Notes: generated by a model not told the origin, from the letters alone. 64,000 nt of DNA from an uncultured Gemmatimonadales bacterium (GCA_963771275.1 CAVYSW010000010.1:288001-352000); one strand, 5' to 3'; shown: positions 51,250 to 60,313, numbered from the stretch's first letter. Made by a program: numbers and translations.

Positions 51250-53001
51250 ATGACTAAGGCGGCGGTCCCGAGTCCCCTGGATGCGGCGGCCCGCCGCATC
51301 GCCGCGACGGTCCGTCGCGGGTTCGACCGGTATCACGCCGGCTTCCGCGCCATCACACGCCGCGCCCGGGAGCGGTTCGAGGCGGCGGACTGGCGCGGCA
51401 TGCAGGCCGATGCCCGCGAACGGCTCGATCTCTACCCCAGCGTCCTGCGCGACGTCGTGGCCGAGGTGACGGATGAGGAGGGCAGCGGCACACGCGAGGG
51501 GGCGGCGTGGGTGGCGGCGCGGGGACACTATTCGCGGGCGATCGCCGGACACGCGGCCGGGGAGATCGCGGAGACCTTCTTCAATTCCGTCGCGCGCCGG
51601 ATGCTTCACACCATCGGCGTGAATCCCGCAGTCGAGTTCTTCGACTTCCGGTTCGAGCGCCTCCACGCCCCGCCCGCGCCCGAGACGTTCCGATCGCATC
51701 ACGCCGCCGGGGACCTCGTCCCCGCTGTGCGGGCGGCGCTCGCCGGATGTGGCTTCGCCGCGAAGTTCGAGAACCTCGTGCGCGACGCCGCGCTCGTCAC
51801 CCGGCGGATCGAGGCCGATTGGGCCGCCGGCGGCGCCCCGCTCCCCGTCCAGGCGTTGCAGCTCCTGGAGCCCGTCTTCTTCCGGCGGAAGGGCGCCTAC
51901 CTGGTGGGCCGGGTCGTGGGCGGCAACCGCGCCATGCCGCTCGTGATCCCGCTGGTGCACGCCCCCGGCGGCATCCGGGCGGACGCCGTCCTGTCGACGG
52001 ACGACGACGTCAGCATCCTCTTCAGCTTCACGCGGTCCCACTTCCACGCCGACGTGCAGAACCCCGGCGCCGTGATCGCCTTCCTGCGGACGATCATGCC
52101 GGTCAAGCCGGTCGCCGAGCTCTACACGGCGATCGGCTATCACCGCCACGGCAAGACGGAGCTGTACCGGGACCTGCAGCGGCACCTGCTGCGCAGCGAC
52201 GAACGGTTCGACATCGCGCCCGGCACGCCGGGGATGGTGATGATCGTGTTCGCCATGCCCGGCTACGACATCGTCTTCAAGGTGATCCGCGACAGCTTCG
52301 CCCCACCCAAGCAGACGACGCCGGGCGAGGTCAAGCGTCGCTACCAGCTCGTGTTCGCCCACGACCGCGCCGGGCGCCTGGTGGACGCGCAGGAGTTCGA
52401 GGGCCTCGCCTTCCCGCGGACGCGATTCACGCCGCGCCTGCTCCAGGAGCTGCGCGACCATGCGGCGCACGCGGTGCACTGCGCCGGCGAGGAGGTCACC
52501 ATCGCGCACCTCTACACGGAGCGTCGTGTGCGACCGCTCGATCTGTACCTCGCCGATGCCGGGCCGGAGGAGGCGCGCCGGGTGGTGCTCGACTACGGGC
52601 AGGTCGTGCGCGACCTCGCCGCGACCAACGTGTTCCCGGGCGACATCCTGCCCAAGAACTTCGGGGTGACCCGCCACGGTCGGGTCGTGTTCTACGACTA
52701 CGACGAGCTGCGCCTGCTCGGCGAGTGCCGGTTCCGCGTGATCCCCGAGGCCCGCTTCCCCGAGGACGAGCTGAGCGACGAGCCGTGGTTCCACGTCGGC
52801 CCGGACGATGTGTTCCCCGAGACGCTCGAGCGCTTCGTGCCGTTCACCGGCGCCCTGCGCGACGCCTTCCTGGCCGCCCACGGGGCGCTCCATACGGTCG
52901 CGTTCTGGCAGGACCTCCAGGCCCGCAACGCCGCGGGTGAGGTGGTGGATGTCTACCCTTACCCTGAGGAGCGCCGGCTCCATCGTTCGCGGGGCGCGTG
53001 A
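51250..53001 (+). CDS. aceK: Isocitrate dehydrogenase kinase/phosphatase
   Basis: IAETFFNS, HGKTELYR, APGTPGMVM, VFKVIRD, HDRAGR and PGDILPKNFGVTRHGRVVFYDYDE. Confidence 0.95.
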   Translation: MTKAAVPSPLDAAARRIAATVRRGFDRYHAGFRAITRRARERFEAADWRGMQADARERLDLYPSVLRDVVAEVTDEEGSGTREGAAWVAARGHYSRAIAGHAAGEIAETFFNSVARRMLHTIGVNPAVEFFDFRFERLHAPPAPETFRSHHAAGDLVPAVRAALAGCGFAAKFENLVRDAALVTRRIEADWAAGGAPLPVQALQLLEPVFFRRKGAYLVGRVVGGNRAMPLVIPLVHAPGGIRADAVLSTDDDVSILFSFTRSHFHADVQNPGAVIAFLRTIMPVKPVAELYTAIGYHRHGKTELYRDLQRHLLRSDERFDIAPGTPGMVMIVFAMPGYDIVFKVIRDSFAPPKQTTPGEVKRRYQLVFAHDRAGRLVDAQEFEGLAFPRTRFTPRLLQELRDHAAHAVHCAGEEVTIAHLYTERRVRPLDLYLADAGPEEARRVVLDYGQVVRDLAATNVFPGDILPKNFGVTRHGRVVFYDYDELRLLGECRFRVIPEARFPEDELSDEPWFHVGPDDVFPETLERFVPFTGALRDAFLAAHGALHTVAFWQDLQARNAAGEVVDVYPYPEERRLHRSRGA

Positions 53002-53054
53002 ATCCCGAGCCTCCCGACCCCCGTAGGATGATCCGGACCGTGGAGACCCCCGCC

Positions 53055-53388
53055 ATGAAGACGCTGATCAAGCTCGTTGCCGCGTGCCTCCTCGCGCTCG
53101 TCGCGGTGCTTGCTGGTGCGATATCGCTCGGTGGACCCCTGCCGCATGCTGGAGAAGGAGATGGTGACCCGCGTGGAGCGCGGGACCAAGGCCGCGCGCG
53201 ACTCGGTGCGCGAGGCCGCCGGCCGGCTGGGCGGCGAAGACGCGCGGCAGGCGAGCGACCGGGTGGTGGCCGCCGTGGAGAATGTGACGGTGGGGGTTGC
53301 CGCCGGGCTCGCCAAGACCAAGGTGGAGAACATGTCGCGGGGCGAGTGCGTGGCCGAGATGTGGCGCTTGGCGGTGCACGATCGCTAG
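53055..53388 (+). pseudogene. Frameshifted small membrane-anchored hypothetical protein
   Basis: Signal/TM MKTLIKLVAACLLALVAV in one frame continues as LLVRYRSVDPCRMLEKEM...AVHDR* in the +1 frame near 53109. Confidence 0.55.
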
Positions 53389-53469
53389 CGCGGTGGCCAG
53401 CGGGCCGGGAAGCCGGACAGGAATCCCGCTCCCGGATTCAACACTCGACAACTACTGTGCTGATTATCG

Positions 53470-53518
53470 TAAGATGTTATACAATAACAACTTATGATGC
53501 TTGTTTAACGTCAAGCAT
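53470..53518. promoter_or_regulatory. AT-rich double inverted repeat (protein-binding site candidate)
   Basis: TAAGATGTTAT-ACA-ATAACAACTTA (10/11) followed by ATGCTTG-N8-CAAGCAT. Confidence 0.55.
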
Positions 53519-53622
53519 GAAGTGAGGTGACCTGTCCGGTCCGCTCGGGCTGGGGGAGGGAGTGGCGCGGAGGCGGGCACCTGATTCCCGCGGCAGCCAG
53601 GTGACGACGACGGCCCTCGGCG

Positions 53623-55227
53623 CTAGCGCTGGCGTGCGAGCACGAGGTCCCACATTCGCGACTGCCCGAAGTGCATCGCCGTCACCCGGCCTGACCGGTC
53701 CCGGGTAAACCACACGGCCGTGCCTTCCCCTTCGAACCCGTCCGGGTAGGTCGGGCGCAGCCGCTCGACCAGGCCGGCACGCGGGCTCACCGTGAGCGTG
53801 TCGCCGACCGCCTGGACTTGATAGGTGACGTCGAGCTCATCACTCCGGTAGCGCCCCTCGAGCGCCGCCAGGTCCCGAGCGGTGGGTTGCCAGACCCGAT
53901 CGGCCACGAACGTGAAGGTGAGGGTGTCGCCGTCGGACTGCGCGATGCGGAGAGCGGCCGGCTTGCCGCCCGCCCCGTGCTCGATGTGCCAGGTCGCCCC
54001 GCTCGCGGTCCACAGCCAACCGTTGGGAAGCGCGCGGAACCGTCCGGGCAGAGTCGGCGTCACGACCAGCGCGGCGCTCCACCGGTCGTTCCGGTAGACG
54101 CCGGCACCGCGGGCGAACGCCGTCGAATCCACCGCCGTGGTATCCGGGGCGACAGCGGGCGGGAAATCGGTGATCAGCGCGTCGGCGAGCGTGTGCGCAT
54201 ACGACGCGGCGTTGGCGTTTGCCGCGTTGCACAGCACCGCGATCGAGAGGTTCCCCCGGTCGGGATAGCGGGCCAGGAACGTTCGGTAGCCCGCGGTCGC
54301 CCCCCCGTGCGAGATCTCGGGGATGCCGCGATACGTGGTGAAGAACAGACCCAGCCCGTACTCGATCTCCCGGCCGCTGGTGAGGCGCATGCGGTGACTC
54401 AGCGAATCCACCAGCGCGGCACCCAGGGTCTTCTTGGTGAGGGCCTCGTTCCAGATCAGCCAGTCGCCTACGGTCGTGAGGAGCCCTCCGGGGCCGACGA
54501 CGTCTTCGAAGGGCATCTCGAGACGCCACGCGTCGCGCTGGCCCGCATACGCCTGTGCCCGGCCCGGCACGAGCCGCGTGAAGTCGTCCCGCCACCTGGT
54601 GTGCGTCATGCCAAGCGGGCCGAAGATCCGCTGCTCGGAGAACTGCTCGAACGGCTGGCCGCTCACCCGCTCGACGATCGTGAACAGCAGACCGTACCCC
54701 GAGTTGGTGTAGGAGTAGTGGTCGCCCACGGGGTAGTTGAGCGATCGCTGGCGCGTGACGACGTCGAACAGCGCGTCCTGGGTGTGCCGGCGCGAGCCGC
54801 GCGGCCACCCCTGCACGGCGACCAGGGCGCTCCACTCCCGCAGCCCGCTGGTGTGTGTGAGCAGGTGGCGGATCGTCAGGGGGCGTCCGTGGTCCGGCAG
54901 CTCCGGGATGTACTTCCGCACCGGGTCGTCGAGGTTGAGCTTGCCGTCGAGCGCGAGCAGCACGGTCGCGGTCGCGGTGAACTGCTTGGCGACGGAGCCG
55001 GACTCGAAGATCGTCTCAGGCGTGATCGGGGTCCCCGTCTCGAGGTCCGCCATCCCGTAGCCCCGCGTGAGGAGCACGGTCCCGCCCCGCGCGACGCCCA
55101 CGGCGCAGCCGGGCGCATGGGTGGAGTTCCAAGAGCTGAAGGCCCGGTCGGCCAAGGCTGGAAGGTCGGGCTGCTGCGCCGCGAGTGGGATCGGGAACGC
55201 GAGCAGGAACACGAGCACGCGCGACAT
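53623..55227 (-). CDS. Serine hydrolase, beta-lactamase/PBP family, secreted
   Basis: SVAK (SxxK), LLTHTSG, YTN and HGG; signal peptide. Confidence 0.92.
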   Translation of the reverse strand: MSRVLVFLLAFPIPLAAQQPDLPALADRAFSSWNSTHAPGCAVGVARGGTVLLTRGYGMADLETGTPITPETIFESGSVAKQFTATATVLLALDGKLNLDDPVRKYIPELPDHGRPLTIRHLLTHTSGLREWSALVAVQGWPRGSRRHTQDALFDVVTRQRSLNYPVGDHYSYTNSGYGLLFTIVERVSGQPFEQFSEQRIFGPLGMTHTRWRDDFTRLVPGRAQAYAGQRDAWRLEMPFEDVVGPGGLLTTVGDWLIWNEALTKKTLGAALVDSLSHRMRLTSGREIEYGLGLFFTTYRGIPEISHGGATAGYRTFLARYPDRGNLSIAVLCNAANANAASYAHTLADALITDFPPAVAPDTTAVDSTAFARGAGVYRNDRWSAALVVTPTLPGRFRALPNGWLWTASGATWHIEHGAGGKPAALRIAQSDGDTLTFTFVADRVWQPTARDLAALEGRYRSDELDVTYQVQAVGDTLTVSPRAGLVERLRPTYPDGFEGEGTAVWFTRDRSGRVTAMHFGQSRMWDLVLARQR

Positions 55228-55243
55228 GGGGATTTCCCCCTCG

Positions 55244-56371
55244 TCAGGAGCCGGAGTCGGCGGCGTCGCCGAGATGCGACGGCACGGGCGGCGGGAAGTC
55301 GAAGCCGAACAGCTTCGGGTTCTGGCCGATCACCGCCGCGGACACCACGGCCAGGACGTAGTTGTACGTCTGTCGCGGCAGCTGGGCTCGGTAGCGCGTG
55401 AGCAGCTGCCAGAAGTTCCGCTCTCGCGGGTTGGCCGGCAGGGACCGGATCAGCGGGAGCAGGTTGGTCTCCCCCCAGTTGTACGCCGCGATGACGAGCA
55501 GGCCCGACGCCTGCGCGTCGGTCGCGTAGATGTCCCGCAGGTACCGCGCGGCCGCGGCCGTGGCCTTCTCGAAGTCCTGCCGATCGTCGGCTGGGTCCGG
55601 ACGCGGCTGGCCGACGAGCGGGCCGGTCTGCAGGCCGTACGCCCGGGCTGTCGCGGGTATGAACTGCCACATGCCCTTCGCGATGCCGGAGCGCGTGCGC
55701 GGCCCCACCGCGTCGGTCCGGAGCTCGCTCTCCTGCAGCGCCAGGTAGAAGAACTCGGGTGGCATGTCATTGGCGAGCATGATCTGGGCGATGCGCGGGC
55801 CATAGCCGTGCTCCGCGGCCCGCGTCAGCGCACCCGTGAGGCGGGTCGTGCCCTGCCACTGTCCGATGAACCGCCGCACCTCCTGCACGAAGTCGCGCGG
55901 GACGTTGATCTCCGACTCGCCGAAGACGTGCGCGGTCCGGTAGATCAGCTGCACCTCGAGCGGCGTCTCCGGCCCGTAGATCCCGAGGTCTTCCAGATAC
56001 TCGCGGTAGCGCGTGGCCAGGTCGGCCCGCCGGGTCTGGTACGAGGCGCGCTCCTCGGCCGTGAGCTGCAGGTGCGAGACGGCCAGCTCCAGTGACTTCA
56101 TCGAGTAGAACACGTCCTCGGCTACCTGCTTCGCGCGCGCGACGCGCCGCTGCTGGACGTACCCGAACGCCAGGGCGCCGAGCCCGATCACCGCGAGGGC
56201 GCCAAGCGCCAGCTGGTAGCGCTGGAATCGGCGCGTGTGTTCCCGGCGCAACACCTGCCGGAGTTCCGCCGTCCAGCGGCTCATGTGCTGCGGCGCGCGC
56301 GTGCCGAGATAGCGCTCGATGAGGTGCCGCTCGGCGGCCTTGTCCGGGGGGTCGGGGGGGGCAGGGGTCAT
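55244..56371 (-). CDS. Membrane-anchored lytic transglycosylase (SLT domain)
   Basis: LALQES, AKGMWQFIPATARAYGL and AAYNWGE; single TM. Confidence 0.88.
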   Translation of the reverse strand: MTPAPPDPPDKAAERHLIERYLGTRAPQHMSRWTAELRQVLRREHTRRFQRYQLALGALAVIGLGALAFGYVQQRRVARAKQVAEDVFYSMKSLELAVSHLQLTAEERASYQTRRADLATRYREYLEDLGIYGPETPLEVQLIYRTAHVFGESEINVPRDFVQEVRRFIGQWQGTTRLTGALTRAAEHGYGPRIAQIMLANDMPPEFFYLALQESELRTDAVGPRTRSGIAKGMWQFIPATARAYGLQTGPLVGQPRPDPADDRQDFEKATAAAARYLRDIYATDAQASGLLVIAAYNWGETNLLPLIRSLPANPRERNFWQLLTRYRAQLPRQTYNYVLAVVSAAVIGQNPKLFGFDFPPPVPSHLGDAADSGS

Positions 56372-56462
56372 ACGGCGGACAAGATGCACCGGCCGGCCCC
56401 CTGTGGGGAAGGCGGGTGACGCCCGCGCCAAGCATGCAACTTGCCAGGCAGCAAGTGGCGCG

Positions 56463-56490
56463 TTGACAGGCCGCGACCACCTCCTAAGAT
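56463..56490 (+). promoter_or_regulatory. Sigma70-type promoter
   Basis: TTGACA-N16-TAAGAT. Confidence 0.65.
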
Positions 56491-56497
56491 TGGCGGC

Positions 56498-56812
56498 GTG
56501 AATTTGCCCAACCCCGTGTGGATGCACGGCCTCGAGCCGGTCGTCGACCGGCGGAGTCGCGAGCGTCGTACCGCCGATCGCCGGCGCCACGCGGGAGCCC
56601 ATCCGCCCGTCGAGCGGCGCGGCGCGCGCGATCGGCGCGTGCGGCAGCGGCGTGAGACGGTCACCGAGCACCTGCGCAACGCGCTGCAGGTGCTCGTGCA
56701 TCTTTCGGCCGGCCGGGTGCTGGATCCGGCGGTCAGCGACGAGGTTGCGGCGGCGATCCGGCGGATCTGGCTTGCCATCCAGGAGCTCGAGCGCCACCGT
56801 CACGGGCACTAG
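56498..56812 (+). CDS. Small (D/E)RR-repeat hypothetical protein
   Basis: Six DRR/ERR/QRR units followed by a helical hairpin EHLRNALQVL...IRRIWLAIQELE. Start is GTG 56498 or ATG 56522. Confidence 0.7.
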   Translation: MNLPNPVWMHGLEPVVDRRSRERRTADRRRHAGAHPPVERRGARDRRVRQRRETVTEHLRNALQVLVHLSAGRVLDPAVSDEVAAAIRRIWLAIQELERHRHGH

Positions 56813-57065
56813 GCTTCCAACCAGGATCCCCCCGCGCGCCTCCAGAATCCGCGCGCATCCCTCGGGGGTTCCACAACTCCGTCACCGCAGACAGCGTACA
56901 GCCACGTGGCGCCCGGCCGCCCGGGACCCGTCTGGTGGGGCCGGCCCTGGGCGGTCCGGGTGCCGGATGCCGGTTGAGCGCGTGCGACGCCGGTGCTAGG
57001 CTTCCCACGCTGTGGCGTCTCGGGCATTGGTCCCGATCGCCGGGCGCGTGGGGAAACGGAGGGGC

Positions 57066-58754
57066 ATGAGGCGGGATCGGGTGCTTGAGTGCGTGCCGAA
57101 CTTCAGCGAGGGGCGTGACCTCGCGGTCATTCGGCGGATCACGGATCGGATTGGGGCCGTGGACGGCGTGAAGCTGCTGGACGTCGATCCCGGCGCGGCG
57201 ACGAACCGCACCGTCGTCACCTTCGCAGGCGAGCCGGATGCCGTGGTCGAGGCTGCGTTCCGTGCCGCCGCCGTGGCGGCCGAGTCGATCGACATGCGGA
57301 GACACCACGGCGAGCATCCGCGGTTTGGCGCCACCGACGTGTGCCCGCTCGTGCCGATCGCCGGGATCACGATGGAGGAGACGGCGGGGTACGCGCGGCG
57401 GCTGGCGCAGCGGATCGGCGAGGAGCTGGGGATCCCGGTCTACTGCTATGAAGCCGCGGCGTCGGACCCGCGGCGCCGCAACCTGGCCGACGTGCGCGCC
57501 GGCGAGTACGAGGGGCTGCGCGACAAGCTCGCGGACCCCGCCTGGCGGCCCGACTTCGGGCCGCTCGAGCTCAATGCCCGCGCGGGCGCCACGGCAGTCG
57601 GGGCCCGCAAGCTCCTGGTTGCCTACAACGTGAACCTCAACACGACCTCAACGCGCCGGGCTAACGCGATCGCGTTCGACGTGCGCGAGCGCGGGCGGGT
57701 CGGGCGTCGCGGCGACGCCCTCGACGGCGAGATCGTGCGCGATGCGCGGGGCGAGCCCGAGTGGATCCCCGGCTCGCTCGCCGCGGTCAAGGCGATCGGC
57801 TGGTACATCGCGGAGTACGGCATCGCGCAGGTCTCGATGAACCTGACGGACCTGGACATCACCCCGATCCACGTCGCGTTCGACGAGGTGGTGCGCCGGG
57901 CCGACGCGCGCGGCATCCGGGTCACGGGCTCCGAGATCGTGGGGGTGGTGCCGCTCGCCGCCATGCTGGAAGCCGGCCGGTACTTCCTGCGCAAGCAGCA
58001 GCGCTCGACGGGCGTGTCGGACGGCGAGCTGATCAGGATCGCGGTACGCTCGCTCGGTCTCAACGATCTCAGGCCCTTCAACGCGGAGGAGAAGATCATC
58101 GAGTACGCACTGGCGGATCGGGCACAGCCCCGGCTCGTGGACCGCTCCCTCGCAGCGTTCGTCCACGAGACCGCGTCGGAGTCTCCCGCGCCGGGCGGCG
58201 GCTCGGCGTCCGCGGCCGTCGGCGCGCTCGGTGCGGCGCTCGGCACGATGGTGGCCAATCTTTCCGCCCACAAGCGCGGCTGGGACGACCGCTGGGAGGA
58301 GTTCACCGGCTGGGCCGAGCGCGGCAAGCGCTGTCATGACGAGTTGCTCGCGCTGGTGGACGAGGATACCCGGGCCTTCAACCAGGTGCTCGCCGCGTTC
58401 GGGCTACCCAAGGAGGCGGAGGAGGAGCGCGTGGCCCGCACGCAGGCGATCCAGGACGCGACGCGGGGTGCGATCGAGGTGCCGCTCCGCGTCATGGAGG
58501 TGTCGGTCGCCGCGATGGAGGTCATCGCGAAGATGGCGGAGATCGGAAACCCGAACTCGGTGTCCGACGCCGGGGTCGGGGCGCTGTGCGCCTGTGCGGC
58601 CGTGCGCGGTGCCGGACTCAACGTCCGGATCAACGCGCCGGGGCTCAAGGACCGGGGCTACGTGGTGGACGCCATCGCCCGGGCCGAGGCGCTCGAGCGT
58701 CAGGCTCTCGAGCGGGAACGCGAGACCCTGGCGCTGGTGCGGAAGGCGGTCTGA
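57066..58754 (+). CDS. ftcD: Glutamate formimidoyltransferase-cyclodeaminase
   Basis: ECVPNFSEGR, NRTVVT, HPRFGATDVCP, QVSMNL, PAPGGGS and GNPNSVSDAGV. Confidence 0.95.
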   Translation: MRRDRVLECVPNFSEGRDLAVIRRITDRIGAVDGVKLLDVDPGAATNRTVVTFAGEPDAVVEAAFRAAAVAAESIDMRRHHGEHPRFGATDVCPLVPIAGITMEETAGYARRLAQRIGEELGIPVYCYEAAASDPRRRNLADVRAGEYEGLRDKLADPAWRPDFGPLELNARAGATAVGARKLLVAYNVNLNTTSTRRANAIAFDVRERGRVGRRGDALDGEIVRDARGEPEWIPGSLAAVKAIGWYIAEYGIAQVSMNLTDLDITPIHVAFDEVVRRADARGIRVTGSEIVGVVPLAAMLEAGRYFLRKQQRSTGVSDGELIRIAVRSLGLNDLRPFNAEEKIIEYALADRAQPRLVDRSLAAFVHETASESPAPGGGSASAAVGALGAALGTMVANLSAHKRGWDDRWEEFTGWAERGKRCHDELLALVDEDTRAFNQVLAAFGLPKEAEEERVARTQAIQDATRGAIEVPLRVMEVSVAAMEVIAKMAEIGNPNSVSDAGVGALCACAAVRGAGLNVRINAPGLKDRGYVVDAIARAEALERQALERERETLALVRKAV

Positions 58755-58757
58755 CGG

Positions 58758-59462
58758 CTACAGGCCGATCTTCAGCAGCTCGTGGCAGCGCGCGCAGGTG
58801 CCCAGCAGCTGCCCGTACAGCTCGGCCCGCGTCGCGGGGTCGGACGCCATTAACGCCCGCGCCCCGACGTCGTGCACCGTCCAGGCGAGCTCGGTCACGG
58901 GCTCGTACTGCTCGACGTCGCGGGTGAGCGCGTCGGTATAGAGCGGCGCGTCGTACAGCACGCCCGCGCCGGCCCTCCACGCGGTGTCAGACGGCCCGAT
59001 CAGGCCTTCCCACAGACGGTCGGCGGCCCAGCGATGCCGCTGCATCCGCGTCGCGACGGGCGCCGCCCCGGCAGGCGGGCCGGCGGCGACCAGATAGCGG
59101 GGCCCGCGCTTCATGGCCTTGTGGCATGAGCCGCACGTGGCGCCCAGCCGGGCCACGGCCGACCCGGCGGTGGCAACGTCCGGCGCCCGAGCGGCGAGCC
59201 CGGCGAACGCGTTCAGCTGCTCGATGTAGGCCCGCGCCCGAGCCGCCATGCCCTGGCCGGTCTCTTCCCGTCTGATCGCTTCGGCTTGCACGCGCGCCTC
59301 CGCCAGGTTTCCGGTGGCGACGGCGGCGTTCAACTCCCCGGCGCGCGAATAGTGCCCGCGCATCCGCGGGGCCACTTCGGGGCCGGTCTTGGGGGCGCAC
59401 CCCATCGACCCGGCGACCAGAACGACCAGCGCGGGGCCGAGCCATCGCTGCACGGCAGGCAC
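58758..59462 (-). CDS. Diheme c-type cytochrome lipoprotein
   Basis: Two heme motifs (CGSCH, CARCH), lipobox-like SMGC and GGAGG RBS before GTG 59462. Confidence 0.75.
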   Translation of the reverse strand: MPAVQRWLGPALVVLVAGSMGCAPKTGPEVAPRMRGHYSRAGELNAAVATGNLAEARVQAEAIRREETGQGMAARARAYIEQLNAFAGLAARAPDVATAGSAVARLGATCGSCHKAMKRGPRYLVAAGPPAGAAPVATRMQRHRWAADRLWEGLIGPSDTAWRAGAGVLYDAPLYTDALTRDVEQYEPVTELAWTVHDVGARALMASDPATRAELYGQLLGTCARCHELLKIGL

Positions 59463-59564
59463 GTCAGCCTCCCTTCCGATGGGTATTCTAGTATGGCACA
59501 TGGCGTGTGAAATCTCCGTGCAGCCAGCGTGAAGGTTCGCGCCGGCTCGTGCCTGCGCCCTGAC

Positions 59565-59615
59565 GGGAAGGGGGAAACGGGAAACGAGAAGCGGAGGCCT
59601 CGTTTCCCGTGTCCC
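59565..59615. repeat. Inverted heptamer-tandem element (GGGAAAC family)
   Basis: GGGAAGG GGGAAAC GGGAAAC GAGAAGC ... GTTTCCC GTGTCCC. Confidence 0.75.
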
Positions 59616-59616
59616 G

Positions 59617-60060
59617 TCACCCCTCGGGCTCCCCGATGCGGAGCACCGCCTCCCGCACCTCCTCCGGCAGCGCGGTCTTCCGCCCCGTCCCATAGTCGTA
59701 CGCCACGATCACGGCCGTGCCCTCGGCCACCGTCGCCTGCTGCGCCAGCGACACGACCCGGTAGCCCATCGTGAAGCGGTCGTCGCGCACGTCAAGCGCG
59801 CGGGCGCCCACCAGCACCTCGTCGGGGTGGTACAGCGGCCGGCGGAAGCGGCAGTCGGTCGAATGGAGGATCGCGCCGATCCGGTCCCGCTCGTACGTGG
59901 CGAGGAAGCCGCAGCGGTCGAGGTACGCCATGCGCGCCGTCTCGAAGAAGCGGAAGAAGACCGTGTTGTTGACGTGGCCGTACGCGTCCATCTCGCCCCA
60001 GTGCACCAGGGCGCGGATCACGACGGGATAGTCGGCGAGGTCCGGGTGCTGAATGTCCAA
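59617..60060 (-). CDS. Acyl-CoA thioesterase (4HBT/hotdog family)
   Basis: WGEMDAYGHVNNTVFFRFFETAR. Start uncertain. Confidence 0.9.
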   Translation of the reverse strand: MDIQHPDLADYPVVIRALVHWGEMDAYGHVNNTVFFRFFETARMAYLDRCGFLATYERDRIGAILHSTDCRFRRPLYHPDEVLVGARALDVRDDRFTMGYRVVSLAQQATVAEGTAVIVAYDYGTGRKTALPEEVREAVLRIGEPEG

Positions 60061-60159
60061 GGTTCAAGGTCCAGTACTTAGTGAACAAGGGGACTGCGGA
60101 TCGCAGATCGCAGCATGGCGACACCTGGCGCTGCACGCTGCACGCTGCGTGTTCTCGCA

Positions 60160-60246
60160 CGGAGAGGGTGGGATTCGAACCCACGATACCGTTACCGGTA
60201 TACCGGTTTTCGAGACCGGCTCCTTCAACCACTCGGACACCTCTCC
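60160..60246 (-). tRNA. tRNA-Ser (CGA)
   Basis: Reverse complement reads GGAGAGG...CT CGA AA...long variable arm...GGTTCGAATCC...CCTCTCC G. TATAAT lies upstream (60257-60262); CCA not encoded. Confidence 0.96.
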
Positions 60247-60313
60247 CGGAGCGGGGATTATAGACGGTCCGCGGATCCGATACCAGGGTGTGCGAGCGTT
60301 ATCTTGCTGCTGT

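Noticed and set aside
49495..53001. Apparent 2.7 kb overlap of 1162-aa and 904-aa ORFs
   Set aside because: Both are over-extended upstream. aceB starts near 51096 and aceK at 51250, so they are divergent and do not overlap.
53489..53516. dif (XerCD) site
   Set aside because: Only a partial XerD-like arm (TAACGTCAAGC); the XerC arm and 6-nt spacer do not fit. Kept only as a generic palindrome.
5251..60150. CRISPR array interpretation of the short repeats
   Set aside because: Units are 7-15 nt, tandem or inverted, with no unique spacers and no cas genes.
10764..60246. Integrative element bounded by the near-identical 3' ends of the two tRNA-Ser genes (26/27 nt)
   Set aside because: Both are complete tRNAs with different anticodons, no integrase is present, and host metabolic genes lie between them.
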